NCBI GenBank assembly: GCA_019634275.1
Contig: JAHQVP010000002.1
Location: 1 to 57,707 of the forward strand
Direction of reading: 5' to 3'
DNA: 57,707 nt
From: Saprospiraceae bacterium
Lineage (GTDB): Bacteria; Bacteroidota; Bacteroidia; Chitinophagales; Saprospiraceae
The translations under genes were made by a program, and so were the position numbers. The notes under the pieces were generated by a model, which saw only the letters and a program-made list of their open reading frames with translations, made no database searches and was not told the DNA's origin. How positions within the stretch are numbered: position 1 is the first letter of the stretch; every line of letters starts with the position of its first letter. Positions 1 through 9,253 of the stretch are shown here, piece after piece.

Positions 1-619
1 GGTAGTACTCTTCATCTGCCTCTTCAAGCAAGATCGGCTCTTCGTCGGTGATTTCAATCTGATGCCGAAAGAGGAAGGACGCGATGATGCCCACCAGACC
101 TCCGAGGAGGTGACTTTCCCAGGAAATTCCCGGCTGGTTGGGTAGTATCCCAAGAAACATACCGCTATAGAGCAAAATAATGATTAGGGAAAGTACAATC
201 GATTTGAGGTTACGTCGAAACACTCCATTCCAAAAAATGAAAGAGACAAGGCCATAGACGACCCCACTGGCACCAATGTGAAATGCTGATCCTGCAAAAG
301 CCCAAACCAACGCACCAGTGAGGATCCAGATAAAAAGAAAACTCCGATAAGCAACGCGAGGAAAGAAGAAAAGAATCATGGCCATGCTCACAAAGAGGGG
401 AGGGCTATTGCTGATAATGTGCAAAAAATCTTTACTGGAATGCACAAAAGGAGAGCTTAATATGCCCCAGAGACCATCAAAATTTCTTGGGAGAATTCCC
501 AGCTTCGCAAAACTGATGCCTGTGACGGTCTGAACAACTTGTACTCCCCACATAATTGCGAGGATAATCGCTGGAAAACGAAGACTCTGATAAAGTCTTG
601 TTTCCTTCATTGATGCCAT
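1..619 (-). CDS. Rhomboid-family intramembrane serine protease (C-terminus runs off the window start)
   Basis: Absent from the ORF track because it is open at position 1. Reverse-strand translation from ATG at 619 gives MASMKETRLYQSLRFPAIILAIMWGVQVVQTVTG...SPFVHSSKDFLHIISN...AFHIGASGVVYGLVS. It is polytopic and carries the rhomboid HxxxxHxxxN-like and GxSG (GASG) motifs. Confidence 0.8.
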   Translation of the reverse strand, partial: MASMKETRLYQSLRFPAIILAIMWGVQVVQTVTGISFAKLGILPRNFDGLWGILSSPFVHSSKDFLHIISNSPPLFVSMAMILFFFPRVAYRSFLFIWILTGALVWAFAGSAFHIGASGVVYGLVSFIFWNGVFRRNLKSIVLSLIIILLYSGMFLGILPNQPGISWESHLLGGLVGIIASFLFRHQIEITDEEPILLEEADEEYY

Positions 620-622
620 GCG

Positions 623-1333
623 CTATTTAAATCTTCTTGCGATCAATTTAACGAATTCATGGGCGAGTGCCTGCCGTGATTCGTCCATCCATTGGTATTT
701 GTCGATCAGGTGCCTGGTGAGAAAGATCTTGGCACTTTCAAAATCAGGTTTTCGATTGAGCGTATCGAGGGTCTCGTCAAGTGCTGAGGCATCTCCATCA
801 AACAAGACACGTTGATATTGAAGTCGATCATTGATGCTCAGGGCCTTCGTAAGATTGGCTACTGCACTGCTGCTCAATTGGTCCGATAGTTCTCCCGCTT
901 CTTCCCAGGTAAAGAGCGCCTTGTGATGTTCCGGCATGGGGTCGGCATGCATCAGATTCACCAGGACGTTGTCCTGCGGCATGGGTTTGTTATGTCCGTT
1001 GCTGGGAGGCACTTCTAGCTTTGGAGAGACATATTCAATCTCCGATACAGATAGATTTTGATTGGCCTCTGGTGATGGAGCGCTCTCTGCCGAAGGTGCC
1101 ACGGGCTCGGGGTCAGGTTGCGGCGGTGGCGCGGGTTGGATTTCCACTTTGATGGTTTCTTTCGTCTTGGTGCTTTCGGTGACAGCCTGATGGTCAACAT
1201 GTCGATAAGCCTGGAGCAAGTAACTCTTGATCAGATCTTTTTCCAGCACATTGAGCTCACTTCCTTCGGCAATTGCCGTAATCTTTTTGAAGATGGCTTC
1301 CAATTCTTCTTTCATTGCAGTGGCATTTTGCAT
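623..1333 (-). CDS. Hypothetical protein with a Pro/Glu/Ser-rich central linker
   Basis: 236-aa ORF. Helical acidic ends are separated by PAPPPQPDPEPVAPSAESAPSPE. Its stop lies 3 nt before the rhomboid start on the same strand. No family recognised. Confidence 0.6.
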   Translation of the reverse strand: MQNATAMKEELEAIFKKITAIAEGSELNVLEKDLIKSYLLQAYRHVDHQAVTESTKTKETIKVEIQPAPPPQPDPEPVAPSAESAPSPEANQNLSVSEIEYVSPKLEVPPSNGHNKPMPQDNVLVNLMHADPMPEHHKALFTWEEAGELSDQLSSSAVANLTKALSINDRLQYQRVLFDGDASALDETLDTLNRKPDFESAKIFLTRHLIDKYQWMDESRQALAHEFVKLIARRFK

Positions 1334-1386
1334 CTAACGCAGATTTATTGCTCCTTATGGTATCTTACAGGCACTAATTTTAACAT

Positions 1387-1986
1387 ATGTTTCTGGAGCC
1401 CCACTTTCGTGGACAGCGCAGCGGATGGATCGAAGTAATTTGTGGATCCATGTTCTCTGGAAAAACAGAGGAGTTAATTCGACGACTCAAACGTGCGCGC
1501 ATTGCCGGGCAGGAGGTTCAGATTTTTAAGCCCTACATCGACGTACGATACTCCTCAGCTGAAGTGGTCTCCCATGATGCCAATAGCCTGCTTTCTACCG
1601 CCATAGAAACCTCTCATGCGCTGAAGAACATTCCGGAGCAGACACAAGTGTTGGGAATTGACGAAGCCCAGTTCTTTGATGACGACCTGACAAATGTGCT
1701 TCAAGATCTGGCTTTGCAGGGCAAGCGGATCATCGTTGCAGGACTGGATATGGACTACCTTGGAAATCCGTTCGGCCCTATGCCCAATCTTTTAGCCGTT
1801 GCTGAATACATTACAAAAGTCCATGCCATCTGCCCTCATTGTGGCAATCTCGCGACCCATTCTTATCGTTTGACCGCCGTCAAAGACCAGGTCATGGTGG
1901 GCGATCGGGAGCAATACGAACCCCGCTGCAGACACTGCTATTCGATGGGCAACATACTTTCACTCCATCCTTCGGCGCCCTCCTGA
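1387..1986 (+). CDS. tdk: Thymidine kinase
   Basis: P-loop GSMFSGKTEEL, DEAQFF motif, and a C-terminal zinc ribbon CPHCG...CRHC. Typical length of 199 aa. Confidence 0.95.
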   Translation: MFLEPHFRGQRSGWIEVICGSMFSGKTEELIRRLKRARIAGQEVQIFKPYIDVRYSSAEVVSHDANSLLSTAIETSHALKNIPEQTQVLGIDEAQFFDDDLTNVLQDLALQGKRIIVAGLDMDYLGNPFGPMPNLLAVAEYITKVHAICPHCGNLATHSYRLTAVKDQVMVGDREQYEPRCRHCYSMGNILSLHPSAPS

Positions 1987-2030
1987 AAATCCTTATTTTC
2001 GCAGCCCTACAAGCGTCAAGACGGTCACCT

Positions 2031-3557
2031 ATGGAGCGAAGAAAAATCAAAAATGCACTGATCTCAGTGTATCACAAAACGGGTTTGGATGATGTATTGA
2101 AAGTGCTTCATGACTTAGGCGTGACAGTCTACAGTACCGGTGGCACAGAACGCTACATTCAAGAACAAGGATTCCAGGTGCAGAAGGTGGAAGACCTGAC
2201 CTCTTACCCATCCATATTGAGTGGTCGTGTCAAGACGCTCCATCCTAAGGTATTCGGAGGAATACTGGCACGGCGAGAAGAAGAGCACTTGCAGGAGTTG
2301 GCGCAATATCAAATTCCGGAGTTCGATCTGGTCATTGTGGACTTGTATCCTTTTGAGCAGACGGTGATCAACACCGACGAGGAATCAGAGATTATTGAGA
2401 AGATTGATATTGGTGGGATCTCCTTGATCAGAGCCGCGGCGAAGAACTATCGCGACGTATTGGTGGTGTCCTCACGTGATCAGTACGCTGGTCTGGTTAG
2501 CCTTCTTCGAGATTTTGATGGTGCTACGACGCCTGCTGAGCGGAAGCAGTATGCGTTACAAGCGTTTAAAGTGTCTTCGCATTATGACACCGCTATTTAC
2601 AGTTACTTCAATCAAGAAGGTGCTGATGATGCATTGAAGATCAGCATGCCGGAGAGCACAGTGCTTCGTTACGGGGAAAACCCTCATCAGCAGGGTCGGT
2701 ACTATGGCGATTTTGCACAGATGTTTGAGATCTTGGGTGGTAAACCCTTGTCCTATAATAACCTTGTTGACGTCGATGCTGCCGTGGCCATCATTAGGGA
2801 GTTTGTGGATGAAGAGCCCACTTTTGCAGTATTGAAACATACCAATGCCTGTGGTGTGGCCACTCGAGCAACCATATTGGAGGCGTGGAATGATGCATTG
2901 GCAGGTGATCCGGTATCGGCTTTTGGCGGTGTTCTCATTTGCAATGCCATGATCGATCTTGAGACGGCACAGCAGATCGACTCTATATTTTACGAGGTTT
3001 TGATCGCACCTGATTTTGCGAAGGATGCATTGCGGCATTTGCAAAAGAAGAAGAAGAGAATTCTCCTGAGAGCAAAACACTTTGAAGCCCAGCAGAGGCA
3101 ATTTAAGTCGATTCTTAACGGCATCATCGAGCAGGATTGTGACTTGATCACCGAAACAGCCTCTGAGCTTTCTCCGGTAACGGAGGTGAAACCTACGGAG
3201 GACCAGATTCAGGATCTTCTTTTCGCCAATAAATGTGCAAAGCACCTCAAATCCAATACCATTGTTCTGGCTAAGAACAGGCAGCTCCTGTCTATGGGGT
3301 GCGGCCAAACATCAAGGGTGGATGCCCTCAAGCAAGCGATTGTAAAAGCGAAAGCGTTTGGATTTGATTTAGATGGTGCTGTGCTTGCTTCCGATGCATT
3401 CTTCCCTTTTCCTGATTGCGTGGAAATTGGGGCTGAGGCTGGTGTTAAGGCAGTTATTCAGCCCGGTGGATCCATACGCGATCAAGACAGCATAGATATG
3501 GCCAACAAGCATGGGCTTTGCATGGTTACTACAGGACGTAGACATTTTAAACATTAA
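2031..3557 (+). CDS. purH: Bifunctional AICAR formyltransferase / IMP cyclohydrolase
   Basis: The track ORF starts at 1839 but overlaps tdk. The conserved N-terminus (MERRKIKNALISVYHKTGL, MGS-like domain) begins at ATG 2031. YGENPHQ and KHTNACG motifs are present. 508 aa. Confidence 0.93.
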   Translation: MERRKIKNALISVYHKTGLDDVLKVLHDLGVTVYSTGGTERYIQEQGFQVQKVEDLTSYPSILSGRVKTLHPKVFGGILARREEEHLQELAQYQIPEFDLVIVDLYPFEQTVINTDEESEIIEKIDIGGISLIRAAAKNYRDVLVVSSRDQYAGLVSLLRDFDGATTPAERKQYALQAFKVSSHYDTAIYSYFNQEGADDALKISMPESTVLRYGENPHQQGRYYGDFAQMFEILGGKPLSYNNLVDVDAAVAIIREFVDEEPTFAVLKHTNACGVATRATILEAWNDALAGDPVSAFGGVLICNAMIDLETAQQIDSIFYEVLIAPDFAKDALRHLQKKKKRILLRAKHFEAQQRQFKSILNGIIEQDCDLITETASELSPVTEVKPTEDQIQDLLFANKCAKHLKSNTIVLAKNRQLLSMGCGQTSRVDALKQAIVKAKAFGFDLDGAVLASDAFFPFPDCVEIGAEAGVKAVIQPGGSIRDQDSIDMANKHGLCMVTTGRRHFKH

Positions 3558-3566
3558 GACAGAACG

Positions 3567-4307
3567 GTGTTCCGAGACCTGCTGGTAGATGTTGGGAATA
3601 CGAATGCAAAAGTAGCCTGGATGGAAGGAGGTGCCATTGGCCCTGTGACGAGATTTGCCAGTGCGTTACTTGTAGAGAATGTTCTTCCCATGGTAATGGA
3701 CGATTCCGTTCGATACGCCATCTTTAGTTCCACCAGGCATCTTAGTAGTGAGGCCATGCGTAGTATTAATGAACATGTGGAAGTATACACCGTGAGTGCA
3801 ACGCTCCAACTGCCTTTTACCGTCAACTATAAGACCCCACATACCGTAGGTCCCGATCGATTGTGTGCGGTTGCCGCCGCACAACAGATTTTTCCAAATG
3901 AAAGCAGTTTGGTGATCGATGCGGGAACCTGTATCACCTACGATTTGATTAGGAAAGGACAATTTTATGACGGTGGTAACATTTCTCCTGGTATCCACAT
4001 GCGTCTTAAGGCTATGAACACCTTTACAGATGCGCTACCCATGGTTGAGGCAGACAGGGAAATTAAGTTTCATGGAGACAGCACTAAAACCGCGCTCCAG
4101 GTGGGCGCAATCTGGGGTGCCGCACTCGAAATGAGAGGTTTTATTCAGGAATACAGGGAGCGACATGGGGAGCTTAACATTGTCTTAACTGGAGGTGATG
4201 CACCATATTTTGTTAATCGTTTGAAAACGGAGATATTTGTGAGTCCAAAACTCGTCCTGCAAGGACTCGGGACAATACTTCAGCATCATGTGGGAAACGC
4301 CGTTTAA
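3567..4307 (+). CDS. coaX: Type III pantothenate kinase
   Basis: GTG start. N-terminal LLVDVGNTNAKVA (ASKHA phosphate-1 motif), GPDRL and IDAGTCITYD motifs. 246 aa. Confidence 0.9.
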   Translation: MFRDLLVDVGNTNAKVAWMEGGAIGPVTRFASALLVENVLPMVMDDSVRYAIFSSTRHLSSEAMRSINEHVEVYTVSATLQLPFTVNYKTPHTVGPDRLCAVAAAQQIFPNESSLVIDAGTCITYDLIRKGQFYDGGNISPGIHMRLKAMNTFTDALPMVEADREIKFHGDSTKTALQVGAIWGAALEMRGFIQEYRERHGELNIVLTGGDAPYFVNRLKTEIFVSPKLVLQGLGTILQHHVGNAV

Positions 4308-5655
4308 ACTTTTGACAGCATCGCTGCTCGCATTCACCCTCTGTGGTGATGCACAAGCCCAGTTATCTGGCAATTCCCCATTCTCACGTTTTGGGCTGGG
4401 GGATCTCACCGAAAGTGGATTTGTGCATCTACAGTCCTTGGGTGGATTGTCGGCTGCTTATGGTGATCAGTATCAGACAAATCTGGGGAATCCAGCATCG
4501 CTGGCGCGTCTTCAGGCTACTTCTTTTGAGATTGGCTTTGATGTCTCCAGATCGTACCTCAGTGACAACGACAGCAAGGCCCAGTTTTGGGGAGGAGGAT
4601 TGAATTATCTCTCTCTCTCTTTTCCGATTTTCAGCCCACTCAATCGTGCACTAGATCGAAAGTCAACCGATTTTGGCTGGGGGATGAACATGTCCCTTAA
4701 GCCCTACTCGCGAACCAATGCGAGCAGTAGTCTGACGGAGGATGTACTGGACGTGGGCTCGGTGACGCGAGAGTTTGAAGGCAGTGGAGCACTAAATCAG
4801 GTCACCTGGGCTAACGGATTTCACTGGAAAAATCTTTATGGTGGCTTGCAACTGAGCTACCTCTTTGGACAAATACGTCAGGAACGATCCGTCCTCTATA
4901 ACTCCATCGCGTTTCCGTATCACATATACAGTCGCGATGACTTTAGCTTTCGCGGTTTTCTTTGGAATCTCGGCGCGCAATATGACCTTGATCTAAGTGA
5001 GGGCAAAGGAAAAGACGACCCTCGGTTGGCTAATACGATCACCTTTGGAATTTCCGCAGGCACCAAATCTGCTTTGACTACTATCACGGATCGATTGCGG
5101 GCTACCCGACAGGTCGCCTGGGGTGGGCTCTCCGACGATTTGATCGACAGTGGTCAGGAAGGCACGGACACCATCCGCTACAGTACTGAGGCAAAAGAGA
5201 ACGGTTCTCTACCTGCGACGTTCCAAATTGGAGCGGTATGGAGAAAAGGACAGCGTTGGCTCGTGGGCTTCAATTTTTCTCAGTCAGGTTGGTCATCCTT
5301 TGAGAGCAGTGTCCTGCAAGGAACCCTAAAAAATACATATCGAGTAGGCATTGGTGCCGAGTTTGTGCCCGATGAAGCATCGTATCGCTATTATCACCAT
5401 CGTATGCGATATCGGCTCGGTCTGAATTTTGGAACGGACCCAAGAGTCATCGAAGGTCAACAGATTAAGGAAACAATTTTAAATGTGGGCGTTGGATTGC
5501 CCATATACTTGTCACGACAAATCTCCTTTATCAACTTAGGAGTAGAGTATGCAAATCGCGGTGGGGATCTTCCAATTACCGAAAATCGACTTACTTTTAA
5601 GATGGGAGTGACACTCAATAATAATCTATGGTTTTACAAAAGAAAATACAACTAG
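4288..5655 (+). CDS. Putative outer-membrane beta-barrel protein (uncharacterised)
   Basis: Signal peptide LLTASLLAFTLCGDAQAQ followed by NSPFSRFGLGDL. Alternating hydrophobic/polar beta-strand-like pattern with Gly and aromatic residues throughout. The start overlaps the coaX end by 20 nt. Family not recognised with certainty. Confidence 0.6.
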   Translation: MWETPFKLLTASLLAFTLCGDAQAQLSGNSPFSRFGLGDLTESGFVHLQSLGGLSAAYGDQYQTNLGNPASLARLQATSFEIGFDVSRSYLSDNDSKAQFWGGGLNYLSLSFPIFSPLNRALDRKSTDFGWGMNMSLKPYSRTNASSSLTEDVLDVGSVTREFEGSGALNQVTWANGFHWKNLYGGLQLSYLFGQIRQERSVLYNSIAFPYHIYSRDDFSFRGFLWNLGAQYDLDLSEGKGKDDPRLANTITFGISAGTKSALTTITDRLRATRQVAWGGLSDDLIDSGQEGTDTIRYSTEAKENGSLPATFQIGAVWRKGQRWLVGFNFSQSGWSSFESSVLQGTLKNTYRVGIGAEFVPDEASYRYYHHRMRYRLGLNFGTDPRVIEGQQIKETILNVGVGLPIYLSRQISFINLGVEYANRGGDLPITENRLTFKMGVTLNNNLWFYKRKYN

Positions 5656-5657
5656 CT

Positions 5658-7085
5658 ATGAGGAATGGGACCTATGCTCTATTAATGTCTGCACTACTGG
5701 TCATTGGACTGGCATCAGACATCAATGCCCAGTGCGAGACTTGGAATGGATCTCCCAAAATGGAGGAGGCAGAAAACGCACATAGCAACTATCGGTCTGC
5801 TATGAAGATTAAGGACATGGCACTTGCATTTGATCAATGGAAGGTGGCTTATGACATCGCCCCTGCTGCAGATGGCATGAGAGACTTTCATTACATGGAT
5901 GGAATCAAATTGTTCAAAGACAAACTAAAGGCTGCAACCGACGATGCGCAAAAAGCAGAATACAAGGATGCCATTGTGCAACTTTATGATCAAGCGGCAG
6001 CATGCTATGCTTCTCAAAGCATCAAGCTGAAAGGTTGCGCCGACCAGGCATGTTATGATGCTAAAGTCAATCAGTTGATGGGACGCAAAGGATTTGATAT
6101 GTTTTATGATCTGAACTCTAGCTATGAGGCAAATCTGGTCCCACTCGAGCAGTCCATTTCTGGAAACAATGAGGTGGAATATATCGTGTTTGAGCCGCTG
6201 GCGAACATTGTAGTGCATCAGTTTAAGAATGGTAAAATGGAAGCCGAAAAGGCTCGTCAGATTTATGCCAGACTGGATGAAATCGCAGAGTGGAATATTG
6301 AAAACAATGATCAGTACGGAGAGTACTACAAGTCTACACAAGCGCGATTTAGGGCAAAGTATGCAGAGATCGAAAGTGACATTTTTGACTGCGAATACTT
6401 CAAAGGCAAACTCAAGCCTAAGTATGAAGAGAAGCCTGATGACCCAGACATTGTAAAATATACGTACAACAAGTTGCTGCAAGAGGGATGCGACAAGGAA
6501 GATCCATTTATGAAGCAGCTGGAAGGAGTCTACCAAGCTTACGCGGCGGAAGAAAATGCGCGTATGCAAGCTGAGTTCGAAGCCAATAATCCTGGTGTTG
6601 TGGCCAACAATCTGTACAAGCAGGGAGATTTTGAAGGCGCGATTGCCAAGTATCAAGAGGCTCTAGCAAATGAGGAAGACGCCAACAAGCGCGCTCAATA
6701 TCACTTTAGCATCGCAGTGATCCAAGGTCGGAAGATGGGGAAATTGCAAGATGCCAGGACAAGCGCCCGAAAGGCGGCAGAGTTACGACCCAACTGGGGC
6801 AATCCATACCTTCTCATTGGTGATATGTATGCCCAATCGGCCAAGTCTTGTGGTAAAGATGCTTTTGGACAACGCATTGTAATCTTAGCGGCCATGGATA
6901 AATACCGCTATGCCAAATCCATCGATCCGGAAGTGGCCGAAGAAGTTGACGGAAAACTTAGCCGATATAATGGCAGTCTTCCTACTCAGGATGATGCGTT
7001 TATGCGCGGGCACAAGCCGGGAGATAAGATGAGTACAGGCTGTTGGGTAGGGGAGACTACCACCTTACGAGTAATCAAGGGATAG
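5658..7085 (+). CDS. Secreted TPR-like helical-repeat protein, paralog A
   Basis: ATG at 5658, 3 nt after the upstream stop, gives the signal peptide MRNGTYALLMSALLVIGLASDINAQ. TPR-like segment GDFEGAIAKYQEALANEE...AAELRPNWGNPYLLIGDMYA. Alignable end to end with the next ORF. Confidence 0.7.
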   Translation: MRNGTYALLMSALLVIGLASDINAQCETWNGSPKMEEAENAHSNYRSAMKIKDMALAFDQWKVAYDIAPAADGMRDFHYMDGIKLFKDKLKAATDDAQKAEYKDAIVQLYDQAAACYASQSIKLKGCADQACYDAKVNQLMGRKGFDMFYDLNSSYEANLVPLEQSISGNNEVEYIVFEPLANIVVHQFKNGKMEAEKARQIYARLDEIAEWNIENNDQYGEYYKSTQARFRAKYAEIESDIFDCEYFKGKLKPKYEEKPDDPDIVKYTYNKLLQEGCDKEDPFMKQLEGVYQAYAAEENARMQAEFEANNPGVVANNLYKQGDFEGAIAKYQEALANEEDANKRAQYHFSIAVIQGRKMGKLQDARTSARKAAELRPNWGNPYLLIGDMYAQSAKSCGKDAFGQRIVILAAMDKYRYAKSIDPEVAEEVDGKLSRYNGSLPTQDDAFMRGHKPGDKMSTGCWVGETTTLRVIKG

Positions 7086-7113
7086 TCCCACGACTGACCA
7101 ACAATTGATTCGT

Positions 7114-8550
7114 ATGAGGTTGACGGTGAATGGCCTCGGGGCCTTGATGTGTGTCGCATGTGTGCTCTGGTGTTGTACGCCCAAGGCTCCCACCTTGGTG
7201 GCCGCAGATCCAGAGCCTGTGATTTCGGAAGTGAGTACAGACTCCACTTTGAGTTCTTGTACGAAATTTTCGGATACCCCTCGGGGGGATGATGCGATGA
7301 CCGCCCACGTAATTTATCGGGACTATCTGCGAGAGAAGCGATACGATGAAGCGTTTCCATACTGGCAAACCGCCTATACGATCGCTCCAGCTGCTGATGG
7401 CAAGCGCAACACGCACTACGCAGATGGCATCCGGATATACGAGTACTTTGTTGGAAAAGAGACCGATCCAGAAAAGAGAAACGAGCAGATTGACCAGATT
7501 TTCACCTTTTATGACCAAATAGAGGAATGCTACGGAGAAGTGGGCTATGTGGCTGGTCGAAAGGCTTTCGATCTGTACTATAAGTATAAGGACCGGGCCA
7601 CAGAAGATGAAAAATTTGCCCTCTTTAGAAAGTCCATCGACACTGATGGAGAAGATGCCCAGTTCTTCATACTTAATCCGTTCACTGACCTCCTGGTCCG
7701 TAAGTTTCAAGATGGTGATGTGGACATGGCTACTGCACAAGCGTATACCAATTTGATTAAAGCCCGAATTGAGAAAGGGTACGAAAGCGGTAAGAACAAA
7801 GCGCAATGGGACATCATAAGCGAATATGCCCTGCAACGGCTAGAAGCTTTTGAGGGTGTCAAGGGGTTTTATGATTGCGAATATTATGCTGAAAAGTACT
7901 TCAGTGAGTTCGAAGCGGATCCTCAAAATTGCGAAATCATCAATCAGGTCTATGGCCAGCTGCGGAGGGGAGGTTGTGAAAAGGATGATGCACGCCTGGC
8001 ACAGATCCAGGAGGCGTACAATGCCCATTGCAAGGTAGAAGCAGCGCCCTCAGACTCTAAACTTGCTTATGCCGCTTTGCGAGAAGGAAACTATGAGGAA
8101 GCGGTAATCAAATTTAGCGAAGCAGCCGAGAACGCTACTGAAAACGAAAAGAAGGCAGACTACCTTCTCCTGGTAGCGAAAGTGTATTATGCTCACTTGA
8201 AGAATTTCTCTCAAGCGCGAAAATTTGCCCTCGAAGCGGCAAACTTCAAAGCCAATTGGGGGGATCCGTACCTATTGATAGGACGGCTGTACGCATCCAG
8301 TGGCCCTCTTTGTGGGCCAGGCCGTGGGTGGGACAGCCAGATTGTTGTATGGCCGGCCATTGACAAGTGGAATTACGCTAAGAAGATAGACCCCAATGCA
8401 GCGGAAGAGGCCAATAAGTGGATTGGTCGATATGCTCAATATATGCCCAGCAAAGAAGACATCTTTCAGCGAAACCTGCAATCTGGGCAATCCTTTCGTG
8501 TTCCCTGTTGGATCCAGGAGAATACTACCATCCGGGCCGCAAAGTCCTGA
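7114..8550 (+). CDS. Secreted/lipoprotein TPR-like helical-repeat protein, paralog B
   Basis: ATG 7114 gives MRLTVNGLGALMCVACVLWCCTPK. Shares with paralog A the blocks AYxIAPAADGxR, DCEY, GCxKxDP, NWGxPYLLIG and the C-terminal CW(V/I)xExTT(L/I)R. Confidence 0.7.
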   Translation: MRLTVNGLGALMCVACVLWCCTPKAPTLVAADPEPVISEVSTDSTLSSCTKFSDTPRGDDAMTAHVIYRDYLREKRYDEAFPYWQTAYTIAPAADGKRNTHYADGIRIYEYFVGKETDPEKRNEQIDQIFTFYDQIEECYGEVGYVAGRKAFDLYYKYKDRATEDEKFALFRKSIDTDGEDAQFFILNPFTDLLVRKFQDGDVDMATAQAYTNLIKARIEKGYESGKNKAQWDIISEYALQRLEAFEGVKGFYDCEYYAEKYFSEFEADPQNCEIINQVYGQLRRGGCEKDDARLAQIQEAYNAHCKVEAAPSDSKLAYAALREGNYEEAVIKFSEAAENATENEKKADYLLLVAKVYYAHLKNFSQARKFALEAANFKANWGDPYLLIGRLYASSGPLCGPGRGWDSQIVVWPAIDKWNYAKKIDPNAAEEANKWIGRYAQYMPSKEDIFQRNLQSGQSFRVPCWIQENTTIRAAKS

Positions 8551-8608
8551 TTATTTTTGAAACTTGATGCTCGAGCAAGGTGTGGTAAAACCTTGTGGGC
8601 AATACGTT

Positions 8609-9187
8609 ATGGGATTTTTGCAAAGAGGTACATGGTTGATTTGGGCGCTTGTCTTTTGGTGTTGTGCCGATGGACTAGAGCAAAGTGCTCCCAAAACGTC
8701 CCTTGAGGTGATGATGCCCAAAGGAGATACTGACGCCATTGTCAGCAGATTGGCAGGACATCTAGTTGCTGATCCGGCCACCCTCCTTGAAGAGGAGGTG
8801 AATCAAATCATTGATCATGCCATGGAGCATTCCTGGGATTTGCATTACCTCGAGCCGGGCATACTTTACGCGATGGATACCGTGGGGAAGGGTGAGCTGC
8901 CTCAGTGGGGCGAATATGTATCGGTCCATTATACCGGTTCTAACCTGGCTGGTCGGGTATTCGATTCCAGTCGGAAGCGTGGAGAACCATTCCAGTTTTA
9001 CGTGGGGAATGTTATACCGGCTTGGAATGAGTTGTTGCAAAGAAAGTTTGCGGTAGGGACCAAGGGCGTTTGTCTCATTCCCTCCATGCTGGCATATGGA
9101 AAAGAGGGCTTCACCACTTTGGTGGCGCCTGGTGAGCACTTGATGTTTGATATCGAGCTACTGGCCATCCTTCCTGATCCTCAGTAG
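8609..9187 (+). CDS. FKBP-type peptidyl-prolyl cis-trans isomerase (exported)
   Basis: FKBP core VHYTGSNLAGRVFDSSRKRGEPFQFYVG...LIPSMLAYGKEG...LMFDIELL. ATG 8609 yields a signal-like MGFLQRGTWLIWALVFWCC. In-frame alternative starts exist at 8564 and 8567. Confidence 0.8.
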   Translation: MGFLQRGTWLIWALVFWCCADGLEQSAPKTSLEVMMPKGDTDAIVSRLAGHLVADPATLLEEEVNQIIDHAMEHSWDLHYLEPGILYAMDTVGKGELPQWGEYVSVHYTGSNLAGRVFDSSRKRGEPFQFYVGNVIPAWNELLQRKFAVGTKGVCLIPSMLAYGKEGFTTLVAPGEHLMFDIELLAILPDPQ

Positions 9188-9253
9188 AAAAGGTCTCGTT
9201 TTGACTGGCTCCGCGTATAAGATCTTGTAGAGCTAAATATGGCGAAGAATGGA

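Noticed and set aside
1839-2030. A 64-codon N-terminal extension of purH in the ORF track, overlapping the tdk 3' end.
   Set aside because: The extension is an Arg/Gly-rich out-of-frame read of tdk. Conserved PurH sequence starts at the ATG at 2031.
2556-3308. A 250-aa antisense ORF inside purH. Similar long antisense ORFs occur at 5925..6656, 7075..7836, 26755..27387, 37802..38344 and 55218..55652.
   Set aside because: Each lies opposite a gene with strong family motifs. Their composition is low-complexity or Cys/Arg/Leu-rich, no motifs are recognisable, and they are consistent with chance stop-free antisense frames.
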